Assembly: GCA_045047305.1 (NCBI GenBank)
Contig: JASFYO010000005.1
Coordinates: 297 to 64,296 of the forward strand
Origin: Planctomycetota bacterium
GTDB lineage: Bacteria; Planctomycetota; UBA1135
Direction of reading: 5' to 3'
DNA length: 64,000 nucleotides
Part shown: positions 45,201-52,535 of the stretch, one piece after another
How the letters are laid out: every line of letters starts with the position of its first letter
Position numbering within the stretch: position 1 is the first letter of the stretch
The notes under the pieces: generated by a model
What the model was told of the DNA's origin: nothing
Seen by the model: the letters and a program-made list of their open reading frames with translations, nothing else
Database searches by the model: none
Translations under genes and position numbers: made by a program

Positions 45201-45398
45201 GTTGAATGTAAAGGTGATATCCTGGTTTGCCGCATGGGTGCTGGTGGAAAACGAGCTTCCATTGCAACCGAGCGAACAAACGGACATGCCGAATTCCGCT
45301 ACTGCTGCAGCGTCGTTAGAAGAGCTACCGCACGCCGCGAAAGTGGCGAGCAGGCAGGATGTGGCAAGAATTTTGCTTAGGGAAGGGAGTATCTTCAC
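42261..45398 (-). CDS. Giant surface lipoprotein, family A1: SbsA-Ig-like (Big_5-like) modules plus glycine-rich repeats
   Basis: The start is set to GTG 45398. MKILPSLSKILATSCLLATFAAC-GSS is a clean lipoprotein signal. DITFTFNDVVDPSTVNFSSISIV is a Big_5-like motif. The C-terminal half has runs such as GGGGGGYW, GGAGGGGAG, PGGGGGAGGGSVQLHAGSRLSVNG and GGGGGSGGAVLLQGG...GGAGGIGAAGNHGGAGGSGLVRVE. Confidence 0.8.
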   Translation of the reverse strand: MKILPSLSKILATSCLLATFAACGSSSNDAAAVAEFGMSVCSLGCNGSSFSTSTHAANQDITFTFNDVVDPSTVNFSSISIVDKATGVTPTGSFIVNGKVVVFQPSLIQSTSGTLFGFLTGSTYRIQILDDASSNAVASRAGRLNQTFITGDITIVAPIDLVPGNPSLITLTPDTTVTPTTRDFPIVMVFNDLMDSLPMANPDDGSSTQISVTIVDATTGTEIPMPGVFTAVLNRTTLLTTITFTPSVPYPGNHGGARSLRLSTSQQIADMGGNLLDNPGNTNLLLPTIGQVTGAFTEAFTDTAQEDENGSVAGLWSGVAGTIDSGLDPTTGLHKGGGSGVLGVYVATQGLSVLDTDGDPAFRSELLGEDVGVLGGVYPFSEVLIPGGARLEATGANPLRLFSQGSLQVDGVMDFSGQSALVHSGKVFMVSEYDNDDGVGVFNESPLGRMTAAQFDDAFALGGVGGSGDLGAGSGGTGGKAWYHLGVAFDNSLYYNALLTNWRTGVTGGGNPSPARFPGGLGAGAGENVDLYCGSNAGGVGGTASVGKPSTGAGALQHTDQDNGSGMGSWCWPPSANEVTDATFNNGVTITTHPTAFAGGSPTDFGNFSIHRSRGGGGGGYWTDGARGVHFDATSTDPLGLALLTPLIDANDNIFEFNGDGLGGDRLLWDVRLGAGASLPDADGGRYIIPLGSETLDPDAGFLLGGAGGGGAGMSEHGSIEDRFGAFANGDVGTYRNNPGGGGGAGGGSVQLHAGSRLSVNGTVSADGGEGASSTFMASIPFADTDAIDFGPPGDAGGGGGSGGAVLLQGGSLVQTAFDAISVNGGAGGIGAAGNHGGAGGSGLVRVETATGLETLSILEGFVTPNEAVELTPIGLPGQANIGTIAVAFPGTVGDITAGDGTVFGGNASGVRSRWYEANASVQNIVITGWQVEVEYFDGTTTTTLSFSDTALTDPDATPIWIALQGAWMAPGQAGAANPILVTTTPWAIPSVNGATDGLMELNASINRALRFMLVFDQDQIGTLIGTAAGSYFRVTDVNVDFLGD

Positions 45399-45480
45399 AA
45401 TGACCAAGTCGGGGCGACCTAGATGTCCTCGGGTTGGCACTCGAGGATTTCTGTCGGCAAAGTTTAGCAGACTAAACACC

Positions 45481-46449
45481 ATGCACACACAGACTTACAA
45501 CGAACAGAGAAAAGGCAGAATGCTGCCCACCCCTTTCCTGCACATGGCATGCCAAATGATGCCATTACTCCTTCTAGGGGCTATCGGGCTCTCAGCAACC
45601 AGCTGTTCACAGGGAAATGCCGGAAGTCCCTTAATTTCAGAGACTTCGCGTGCTTTAGCGAACAGTTTTGAGAGCTCCGAAGATGCGATTTCGGCCCTCC
45701 GAGTGCGAGCTCGCACGGCTGCCGAGCGACTCCACACGGATGCATTGGTCGAAGAATTGCCCGCTCTGCGCGAGGAATTGCAGCTTACGGTCATGGCTTT
45801 GGCAGCCTTAGACGACGCCGAGACCTTCCCGTGGAAGGATTGGATCGAAGAAAGCCGCTTCCTTATTCCCGAAATGACCGAGCAAGAGCTGCTTGCCGCC
45901 ACCCAAGTTTTGGGGCCAGAAGCCTCCCTCATCCTCTGTCGCAGCTGTGATTTCCGCGAAATGCCAGAGCGTCCGCGCTTGGTGGCACACCGCACTTTTT
46001 GGCGCCTAGATGTGAACGAAGCATTCGCGCGCGGCAACAAGCTTCTATTCCTCGACCACCCACGGGCGCGGGACCGCATCCGCCAGATGTATGTAGAAGA
46101 TGTTTTGCTCCAGGTGGAAGGAGAAGAAGCGCAGCAATGGGTAACCGAATTGCTCCTCGATATTGCCACCGAAGAATCGATGGAGCCACGTGCACGTTCT
46201 TTGGCGGTGCGCGCCTTACGCGAACGTCGCAACCAAGAAGCGCCTGCGATTTTGGAAAGCCTCTTCGACACCGAGTCCACCAATTTTCTGCTCCGCAAGG
46301 AAGCTCTCATGGCCATCCTGGATTTAGATAACGTACGCGGGCAGCGCATCTTGCTCGAAAAAATGCCCTCACGTTCGATTGACCCCGGCACCTGGGAATT
46401 CATGCGCTTGCTACGTGCTCAAGAAGGCCTTCCGGTTCCACCACAATAA
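45481..46449 (+). CDS. Hypothetical alpha-helical lipoprotein (possible HEAT-like repeats)
   Basis: Only the part downstream of the divergent giant gene is credible. Candidate starts are 45481, 45520 and 45544, the last giving MACQMMPLLLLGAIGLSATSC-SQ. The helical C-terminal repeats (RSLAVRALRERRNQEAPAILESL, LLRKEALMAILDLD) resemble HEAT/PBS-lyase units. Confidence 0.6.
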   Translation: MHTQTYNEQRKGRMLPTPFLHMACQMMPLLLLGAIGLSATSCSQGNAGSPLISETSRALANSFESSEDAISALRVRARTAAERLHTDALVEELPALREELQLTVMALAALDDAETFPWKDWIEESRFLIPEMTEQELLAATQVLGPEASLILCRSCDFREMPERPRLVAHRTFWRLDVNEAFARGNKLLFLDHPRARDRIRQMYVEDVLLQVEGEEAQQWVTELLLDIATEESMEPRARSLAVRALRERRNQEAPAILESLFDTESTNFLLRKEALMAILDLDNVRGQRILLEKMPSRSIDPGTWEFMRLLRAQEGLPVPPQ

Positions 46450-46452
46450 AAC

Positions 46453-47229
46453 ATGCGATTATTCGACACCCATTGCCACCTCACTTGGAAAGAGGAGGAA
46501 AACCCCGCGCTCCCTCGTTTGGAGCGCGCACGTACTGCAGGCGTTGATCGTTTTGTTTGCGTAGCCATCGACTTAGACAATGCAAAACGTTGTCGCGCCT
46601 TGGCCGCGGAGCATGACGACGTCTTCCCTACCGTCGGCATTCACCCGAACGATGTCGGCGCCTTCGCAGATTTAAATTCCAAACTGGATGCGCTGAAAGA
46701 CCTCGCCGACGACGACAGTTTTGTCGCGATTGGCGAAACCGGTTTGGATTTCTTTCGCGATTGGGCACAACCCGATGCACAGCGTAAAGCTCTGGAAGCG
46801 CATCTAGATATAGCGCGCGACCGCAACTTGCCGGTCATTCTGCACTGTCGTAGCGCTATTGAGGAACTGCTGCCCATCTTGCGTGCACGCGGCGAGCAAA
46901 CAAAGGGCATTATGCATTGCTATTCCGAAGGGCCTGAGGCGATTGAAGAATTACTCAGCTTTGGGCTCCACATTAGTTTTGCCGGGAATGTGACTTATCC
47001 CAAGTCCACCCCCCTACGCGAGGCTGCACGCATAGTGCCCGACGACCGCCTTCTGCTAGAAACCGATGCGCCATTCTTGGCGCCGCAGCCGAAGCGTGGC
47101 AAACCGAATGAACCTGCTTTTGTGCAGTACACCTTAGAGGCGCTGGCAACAGAGCTGCAAAAGGATCCAGCGCAGTTGGCCGCAAACACGCATGCCAATG
47201 CATGCGCATTGTTCCAAGTTTCCGCCTAA
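46453..47229 (+). CDS. tatD: TatD-family metal-dependent deoxyribonuclease/hydrolase
   Basis: MRLFDTHCHL, IGETGLDF, ILHCR, GIMHCYSG-like and LLLETDAPFL are the TatD motifs. Confidence 0.92.
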   Translation: MRLFDTHCHLTWKEEENPALPRLERARTAGVDRFVCVAIDLDNAKRCRALAAEHDDVFPTVGIHPNDVGAFADLNSKLDALKDLADDDSFVAIGETGLDFFRDWAQPDAQRKALEAHLDIARDRNLPVILHCRSAIEELLPILRARGEQTKGIMHCYSEGPEAIEELLSFGLHISFAGNVTYPKSTPLREAARIVPDDRLLLETDAPFLAPQPKRGKPNEPAFVQYTLEALATELQKDPAQLAANTHANACALFQVSA

Positions 47230-47251
47230 GCTGGTAACAGCCAGCCCAGAA

Positions 47252-47776
47252 TTAGCGACCGACCGGCGTCAGGCCGATGGCATCGGGCGCCAAGGAACCT
47301 GGGGTATCGTTCCACGATGCTGCAATCGGCGCACGGTAGACCTGAGAGTCGGTGAAGTCGACCCAGAAGGTATCCAGTCCAGAATACTCGCGAAGGTTTG
47401 GCCACGCCCATGCCCCCACGATGCGCCCGTTGGCATCGTGGCCGCTGCGATAACGGTAGCCGCCACGGTGTCCCACTCCAAAGCCGTCGAAAATCATCGG
47501 AGGCTGAAAGTTGAAGGAGGGAGTGCGCAAGTGAGCTGCACGATTGGGAAGGTTAGGTACGGATTCTGCCACCTGGCGAATCTCTACGAAACTGCCGACC
47601 TCGCGCATCCATAAGGCCTCAGCCGAAGAAAGCATCTGCAGGTACTCCACCGCGTGGCTTTGATTTTCATCTTTGCGTGCCTTCAGCGCCAAAGGCAACA
47701 AGGCCACCGACAAGGCGGTTAAGAGCATGATGAATATGAGAAGCTCAAGCAATGCGAACCCTTTGAGGGGTTGCAC
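47252..47776 (-). CDS. Prepilin-type N-terminal cleavage/methylation-domain protein (pseudopilin or minor pilin-like)
   Basis: KG/FALLELLIFIMLLTALSVALL is a class III signal, with Gly at -1, Phe at +1 and Glu at +5. In-frame GTG 47776 gives a classic 6-aa leader (MQPLKG) and removes the overlap with the upstream EF-G-like gene. The ORF-track start is 47848. Confidence 0.75.
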   Translation of the reverse strand: MQPLKGFALLELLIFIMLLTALSVALLPLALKARKDENQSHAVEYLQMLSSAEALWMREVGSFVEIRQVAESVPNLPNRAAHLRTPSFNFQPPMIFDGFGVGHRGGYRYRSGHDANGRIVGAWAWPNLREYSGLDTFWVDFTDSQVYRAPIAASWNDTPGSLAPDAIGLTPVGR

Positions 47777-47810
47777 AATCGAATCGTCTGGAAGGTCTTG
47801 CACGGAATCT

Positions 47811-49793
47811 CTAGCTATGGACGACCGCCTCACCCTGTGCCGCAACAATGTCGGCCTGCAGGTGAGACGGTACTTGCGCGTAACGCGCGAGCTCCATACT
47901 AAAGTGCCCCTCGCCGTGAGTCATGGCTCGAAGCTGGGTGGAATAAGATTGCAGTTCCGCAAGCGGCGCTTCTGCTTCCATGGTTTGGAAATCGCCGGCC
48001 GACTGCATGCCTTGAATATGCCCGCGGCGGGAGTTCAGGTCGCCCGAGACCTCACCAAAATAGCGCGAAGGAACAGTAATCGAAATCCGCATAATGGGCT
48101 CCAGCAAAATGGGACTTGCCTTGGTAAAACCATCGATTAAAGCACGAGCACCTGCAACGCGGAAGGAATGTTCATCGGAATCCACTGCATGGAATTTGCC
48201 ATCGTAAAGCTCAACGGTGACATCGACCACTTGGCTACCAGCAATCACGCCCTGCACCATTTGCTCACCGACGCCCTTCTCCACTGCCGGGATGAACTGA
48301 CGCGGCACCGAGCCTCCGACCACTTTGTCGACAAATTCATAACCAGCGCCACGTTCTCTGGGAATCAAGCGAATATTGCATGCGGCAAACTGGCCCTTGC
48401 CTCCCGACTGCTTTTTGTGCTTATGCGATCCCTCCGCGGGAATGGTAATGGTTTCGCGGTAAGCAATGCGCGGAAGGTGTGACTCAACTGCAACCCCGCG
48501 TACTGCTAGGCGGTGCAGCATGGCATTGAGGTGTAGCTCACTTAAGCCCTCTACGATAGTTTCGTGAGTGACCGAGTCATAATGCACTTGAAAGCACGGG
48601 TCTTCCCGTTCCATTTTGTGCAGCTCTTGACCAATCTTCTGTTCCGCGCTGCGGTCCAACGGCACAATGGCCCGCGAGGTGTAGGGCGTCGGCAAGGGAA
48701 ACTTATGAAAGTGTCCCTCCCCTTCGCTGACCAAGACATCGCCGATACGTAAATCATCGATGCGGGTGACGGCAACGATGTCGCCTGGTCCGGCAACGGA
48801 AATGCCATCGAGCCGCTCTCCGAACAAGGTAGACAAACCATTCATTTTCACGGCCTTGCCTTCATGCGGATCAATTAAAGCATCACCGGCATTCAACCTT
48901 CCTTGCAAAATACGCAGATAGGAAATCTGGCCGAGGTGTTGATCACTCAAGACTTTCCAAACTCGAGCGACAGTACGCTCCGACTCTCCGCCACTTTCAA
49001 TGTTGTCACTGTGCATGGCTGCAAGCTGCATCGCTGCATCTGGAAAATCGCGCACCATGAAGTCAGCGAATTCAGCTACGCCAATCCCATTGGTTGGGTT
49101 CAAGCAGAACAAAGGCGCGAACGTTCCTTTGGCCATCGCCAAGGGGAAAGCAGCCTCCAGGGATCCATGGGAGATATCCCCCTCCTCTAAATACTTCTCC
49201 ATTAACTCATCGTTAGCTTCGACCACAGCATCCACAAGATGTTCGCGATGTTCTCCCGCTTGCTGCTCCACCACCGATACAGAATTAAACCCGGGGCCAG
49301 TTTCATTCGCAAGGGTGAACGGGACTACGCGTTGCCCAAAAACTTCACGTATATTTTCAATCACTTTATCCATATGCAGGTTGTCGCCATCAAGGCGGGT
49401 CACCACAACCGCACGAGCAAGGCCAAGCGCTCCAGCCTTCTCCCACAACTGAAGGGAATGAAAAGGGACGCCGGTCTCCCGTGCTGGAACCACGATGACG
49501 GCAGTGCCGGCCGCGCCCATGGAGGTAATCGCATCCGCAACAAAATCGGGATATCCCGGAGTATCAATCAGGTTCAACTTGCCATGCGGTGCTTCCAAAT
49601 GCACCACGCCCGCAGAAAGGCTATGCCGTTTTTCTTTTTCATCCGGCAAAAAATCGCACAAGGTGTTTCCGTCTTCCACTGTCCCCACGCGGTCGATGGC
49701 ACCAAACAGGTGCGCGACCTTTTCTATCAACGTGGTTTTTCCTGCGTCGGAGGAGCCAAGAAACGTGATGTTATGGATGTCGGTTGTGGACAT
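47811..49793 (-). CDS. Elongation factor G paralogue with degenerate GTPase motifs
   Basis: The full five-domain EF-G layout is present, including domain IV (GGKGQFA...VGGSVPRQFIPAVEKG...KFHAVDSDEHSF). In the G domain, G1 is GSSDAGKT. G3 is DTPGYPDF in place of DTPGHVDF, and G4 is TRLD in place of NKxD. Confidence 0.85.
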   Translation of the reverse strand: MSTTDIHNITFLGSSDAGKTTLIEKVAHLFGAIDRVGTVEDGNTLCDFLPDEKEKRHSLSAGVVHLEAPHGKLNLIDTPGYPDFVADAITSMGAAGTAVIVVPARETGVPFHSLQLWEKAGALGLARAVVVTRLDGDNLHMDKVIENIREVFGQRVVPFTLANETGPGFNSVSVVEQQAGEHREHLVDAVVEANDELMEKYLEEGDISHGSLEAAFPLAMAKGTFAPLFCLNPTNGIGVAEFADFMVRDFPDAAMQLAAMHSDNIESGGESERTVARVWKVLSDQHLGQISYLRILQGRLNAGDALIDPHEGKAVKMNGLSTLFGERLDGISVAGPGDIVAVTRIDDLRIGDVLVSEGEGHFHKFPLPTPYTSRAIVPLDRSAEQKIGQELHKMEREDPCFQVHYDSVTHETIVEGLSELHLNAMLHRLAVRGVAVESHLPRIAYRETITIPAEGSHKHKKQSGGKGQFAACNIRLIPRERGAGYEFVDKVVGGSVPRQFIPAVEKGVGEQMVQGVIAGSQVVDVTVELYDGKFHAVDSDEHSFRVAGARALIDGFTKASPILLEPIMRISITVPSRYFGEVSGDLNSRRGHIQGMQSAGDFQTMEAEAPLAELQSYSTQLRAMTHGEGHFSMELARYAQVPSHLQADIVAAQGEAVVHS

Positions 49794-49810
49794 GGGAGAG
49801 TATTCGGGTT

Positions 49811-49867
49811 GAGAAAGAAAAAAGAAAAAAGAAAAGGCATCGAGTGATGAATCACTCGATGCCTTTA
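49811..49867 (-). terminator. Rho-independent terminator after the OmpA-like gene
   Basis: The minus strand reads AAAGGCATCGAGTGAT-TC-ATCACTCGATGCCTTT (16 complementary nt per arm) followed by TCTTTTTTCTTTTTTCTTTCTC. It begins 17 nt after the stop at 49884. Confidence 0.75.
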
Positions 49868-49883
49868 GGTTAGCAGAAACCGG

Positions 49884-50573
49884 TTAAGGCAGAACTAGGA
49901 TTTCTACCCGACGGTTCTTTGCCTTACCTTCTTTGGTAGAGTTATCTTCTTTCGGATCCCATTCGCCGTGACCAGCAATGCGAACGTACTGCGACTCAAT
50001 CTCTTTCTCAAATACGAGATAATCTGCTACCGAAAGCGCACGGTTCACCGACAAAGCAAGATTGCTCTTCCAACCAGATTTCTTGGGTTGATCCGAATCT
50101 GTGTGGCCTTCCACCCAAAAAGTTTTTCCGGTGTAAGACTCCTTCAGCACGTCGGCGACGCGAGACATGGTTTCCTTACCCTTCTTGTTTAACTCGGCTT
50201 TGCCGGAGCCAAAAGTTAGGTTGGAATCAACCCCAAGAACAATGAAGCCTCCACGGGATTCTACTTCCACGCCAGTACCTGCGAGGCGTGCTTGCAAGTC
50301 GGCGACTTCGGAATCCTGCTGCTGGAATGCTGCCTCACGCGCAGCCAATCGGTCCTGGATTTCAGCGGCGCGTTGCTGCTCGAAACTCAGTTGATCGGAT
50401 AGCGCAGCGTTCTCAGCACGCACGCGCTGGGTCTCAAGGCGGAGATTGTCCGACTCGGTTTTGTATGCAGCGAGCTGCTGATCTTGGTCGTCAAGCATCT
50501 GGCGATGCATTTGGCTCTGACACGATGGAGCGGCCAGTGCGAGAAGTAGGATGAGAAGTGTGGATTTCTTCAT
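49884..50573 (-). CDS. OmpA/MotB-domain lipoprotein with an N-terminal coiled coil (Pal-like peptidoglycan binder)
   Basis: The lipoprotein signal is MKKSTLLILLLALAAPSC-QSQ. A heptad-rich Q/E/A/L segment follows. The OmpA_C motifs are FGSGKAEL, GHTDS, NLALSVNRALSVADYL and NRRVEILV. Confidence 0.85.
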   Translation of the reverse strand: MKKSTLLILLLALAAPSCQSQMHRQMLDDQDQQLAAYKTESDNLRLETQRVRAENAALSDQLSFEQQRAAEIQDRLAAREAAFQQQDSEVADLQARLAGTGVEVESRGGFIVLGVDSNLTFGSGKAELNKKGKETMSRVADVLKESYTGKTFWVEGHTDSDQPKKSGWKSNLALSVNRALSVADYLVFEKEIESQYVRIAGHGEWDPKEDNSTKEGKAKNRRVEILVLP

Positions 50574-50593
50574 GGAGATGGGATTATGGAATC

Positions 50594-51589
50594 CTAACCG
50601 TTAAGGAATTGGGGCCAGGTCTCGAGGAAGAACTGGTGGACGGATGCGGGAGCCATCAAAACGAGGACGGTCCCCAAAATCAGTGGCGGACCGAACGGAA
50701 TGGTCCGCCCGGCAAGCCAGCCAACATGCGCGAACGAATGTACATAGGTGTGGGTCTTGCCCTGCGTCCGACGTCGGTGGCGAACCACCAAAATCATGCG
50801 CACGACGTTGACCACGCCCAGCACTGCGCCCGCGAAGACGCCGACAGCGAGAGTCCAAACGGAGCCCTCGAGGCCGAGGAAGGCACCGACAGCGGCGATG
50901 TACTTGACGTCGCCAAAGCCCAGTGCTTCCTGCTTAAGAAGATAAGAAAACAGGCGACCAATTCCAAACAAGAACCCGAAAGAAATAAGGGAACTAAGGA
51001 ATCCTGAAATCAAAGCGAGTTGATTTAGCGGCAAATCCAGAGGAATTCCGAACCAATCGAGGCCCAATGGCATGGTGTCCAATCCAGGCCAAAAATGAAA
51101 TTCTGGGACCAGATAGGCCGCAGCTAATCCGAAGGGAATTCCGCCCAAGGTGATGCCATCGGGCAGGATGAAATGACGAAAATCGACAGCCATCGCAATC
51201 CACAGGCCTGTTAAGGCAACGAAGGATAGCCCAAGTGCCACTGGGCCACCGCCTAGAGCAGAATCTGCCAACCAACTGTGCCCAGCAAGGTAAAACAAAC
51301 CCGCTAAGCCGATCTCGTGGACCAGATAGCCTGGCCCAAAGCCAGATTTGCAGTCGCGGCAGCGGCCACGGAGAATCAAATACCCAAGGACCGGAATATT
51401 ATCATGCCAGCGGATGGTCGCGTTGCAGCAGGGGCAATGTGAGCGTGCAGGGCTCGCGATCGACATCCCCTCTTTAGGAATGCGAAAGATGGCCGCCGAG
51501 GCGAAGGAGCCAGCCATCGCGCCGCACACCACCAAAAAGGTGATGTAGAGGCCAGGACTCTCCACTTGCAGGACTTGCAACCAGTTCAT
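50594..51589 (-). CDS. pilD: Prepilin peptidase (A24 family, PilD/GspO-like) with an N-terminal zinc-binding methyltransferase-type domain
   Basis: CPCCNATIRWHDNIPVLGYLILRGRCRDC is the 4-Cys motif. The catalytic Asp contexts are FILPDGIT and GFGDVKY. The protein is polytopic. Confidence 0.9.
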   Translation of the reverse strand: MNWLQVLQVESPGLYITFLVVCGAMAGSFASAAIFRIPKEGMSIASPARSHCPCCNATIRWHDNIPVLGYLILRGRCRDCKSGFGPGYLVHEIGLAGLFYLAGHSWLADSALGGGPVALGLSFVALTGLWIAMAVDFRHFILPDGITLGGIPFGLAAAYLVPEFHFWPGLDTMPLGLDWFGIPLDLPLNQLALISGFLSSLISFGFLFGIGRLFSYLLKQEALGFGDVKYIAAVGAFLGLEGSVWTLAVGVFAGAVLGVVNVVRMILVVRHRRRTQGKTHTYVHSFAHVGWLAGRTIPFGPPLILGTVLVLMAPASVHQFFLETWPQFLNG

Positions 51590-51631
51590 TCCCTGATTGT
51601 GTCGCGGCCAAGGACCGATTCCAAGCCCAGA

Positions 51632-52471
51632 CTAGTGATGTGTGCGTCGAACCATACGAATCACTCGGTCGGACTCGGGTAAAGGCCAGCCACCAAGCCC
51701 TTCTACACCAGCCGGAAGCTCCAATGCGCCTCCACCAACCCAGGCAGGAATGTTCACCTCAACCACGGCGCCGGAGAAGGTGTTTTCGATTAAACGGAGC
51801 GTTACGAAATCTGGCTCCATTTGGCCTTGCGCTTGCCAGCGTGCCTTTCCCCTCAAGGTCCGGGGATCAATACCACGTGAGAAGTGCAGCAGGACCGGTT
51901 GGTCGCGCAGGAAGACATGCGGTTCATGCTCTGAAGGGCCCAGTAGGCCCAGCTGTGAGGATTCCACGCCGCGGCCGGCAAGAGCGCCGGCTGAAGCCGC
52001 ATCGGCCGTGTGGAAGCGCAGGATGAGGTCTTTCGGCAAGAGAGATCCGTCCCTTGCAGCTAGGGCACGCAACCAAGGCAATCCATGCAAGCGAATTCCA
52101 TAACTTTGATTCGGGTGCAAACTGCCATCGCTAAGATCGGCGCGTAACGGTAAGCGGGGTTCTATGTGAATCCAGCGACCCACAACGGAGACTGACGCGG
52201 TGTCTACCACATGGCCCCCCTCATCCACCAGCTCAACCGAACTAGCACGCATCGGCTTCGCAAGTGGGAAATTGAACTCTACTTTCAAGACTTGATCCAA
52301 GGCAACAGGCTGCTGGTCATCACCCGTCCAAGAAACTACCTGTAGGCGTGTGGGTATTCCCTCCACCCCACAGCTAGCCAGGGAGCCTAATAGGAACATA
52401 ATCGCACTCAAGGTGCGTGTGCGCTGCCAGTTAGATTGCGGAAACAAGGATTGGCTCATAGATTGCAGCAT
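51632..52471 (-). CDS. Hypothetical lipoprotein with an SbsA-Ig-like (Big_5-like) module
   Basis: The signal is ...AIMFLLGSLASC-GVEG. LKVEFNFPLAKPMRASSVELVDEGG...WIHIEP matches the 'i.v.Fs.pl.p.s....v.l.d' Big_5 pattern also present in the giant proteins. The start codon is ambiguous. Confidence 0.6.
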   Translation of the reverse strand: MLQSMSQSLFPQSNWQRTRTLSAIMFLLGSLASCGVEGIPTRLQVVSWTGDDQQPVALDQVLKVEFNFPLAKPMRASSVELVDEGGHVVDTASVSVVGRWIHIEPRLPLRADLSDGSLHPNQSYGIRLHGLPWLRALAARDGSLLPKDLILRFHTADAASAGALAGRGVESSQLGLLGPSEHEPHVFLRDQPVLLHFSRGIDPRTLRGKARWQAQGQMEPDFVTLRLIENTFSGAVVEVNIPAWVGGGALELPAGVEGLGGWPLPESDRVIRMVRRTHH

Positions 52472-52477
52472 AGCGTG

Positions 52478-52521
52478 CCAAAAAGAAAACCCCTCGTCAT
52501 CGAAGGCTGACGAGGGGTTTT
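52478..52521 (-). terminator. Rho-independent terminator closing the three-gene giant-lipoprotein operon
   Basis: The minus strand reads AAAACCCCTCGTCA-GCCTTCGA-TGACGAGGGGTTTT (14-bp perfect stem) followed by CTTTTTGGC. It starts 15 nt after the stop at 52536. Confidence 0.75.
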
Positions 52522-52535
52522 GTAACTTCAGAGCT

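Noticed and set aside
45115-45480. Upstream 122 aa of ORF 45115..46449 (+), overlapping the 5' end of giant gene A1
   Set aside because: This part is antisense to the well-supported signal peptide and Big_5 region of A1. A sensible signal peptide only appears after 45481-45544.
45495-46403. 302-aa minus-strand ORF opposite the HEAT-like lipoprotein gene
   Set aside because: The translation is Ser/Arg/Lys-rich and low-complexity. The + strand product has a signal peptide and a balanced helical-repeat composition.
49811-49835. GAAAAA-type simple repeat (gagaaagaaaaaagaaaaaagaaaag)
   Set aside because: It is best explained as the U-tract (on the minus strand) of the terminator hairpin at 49833-49866, not as a microsatellite or CRISPR-like repeat.
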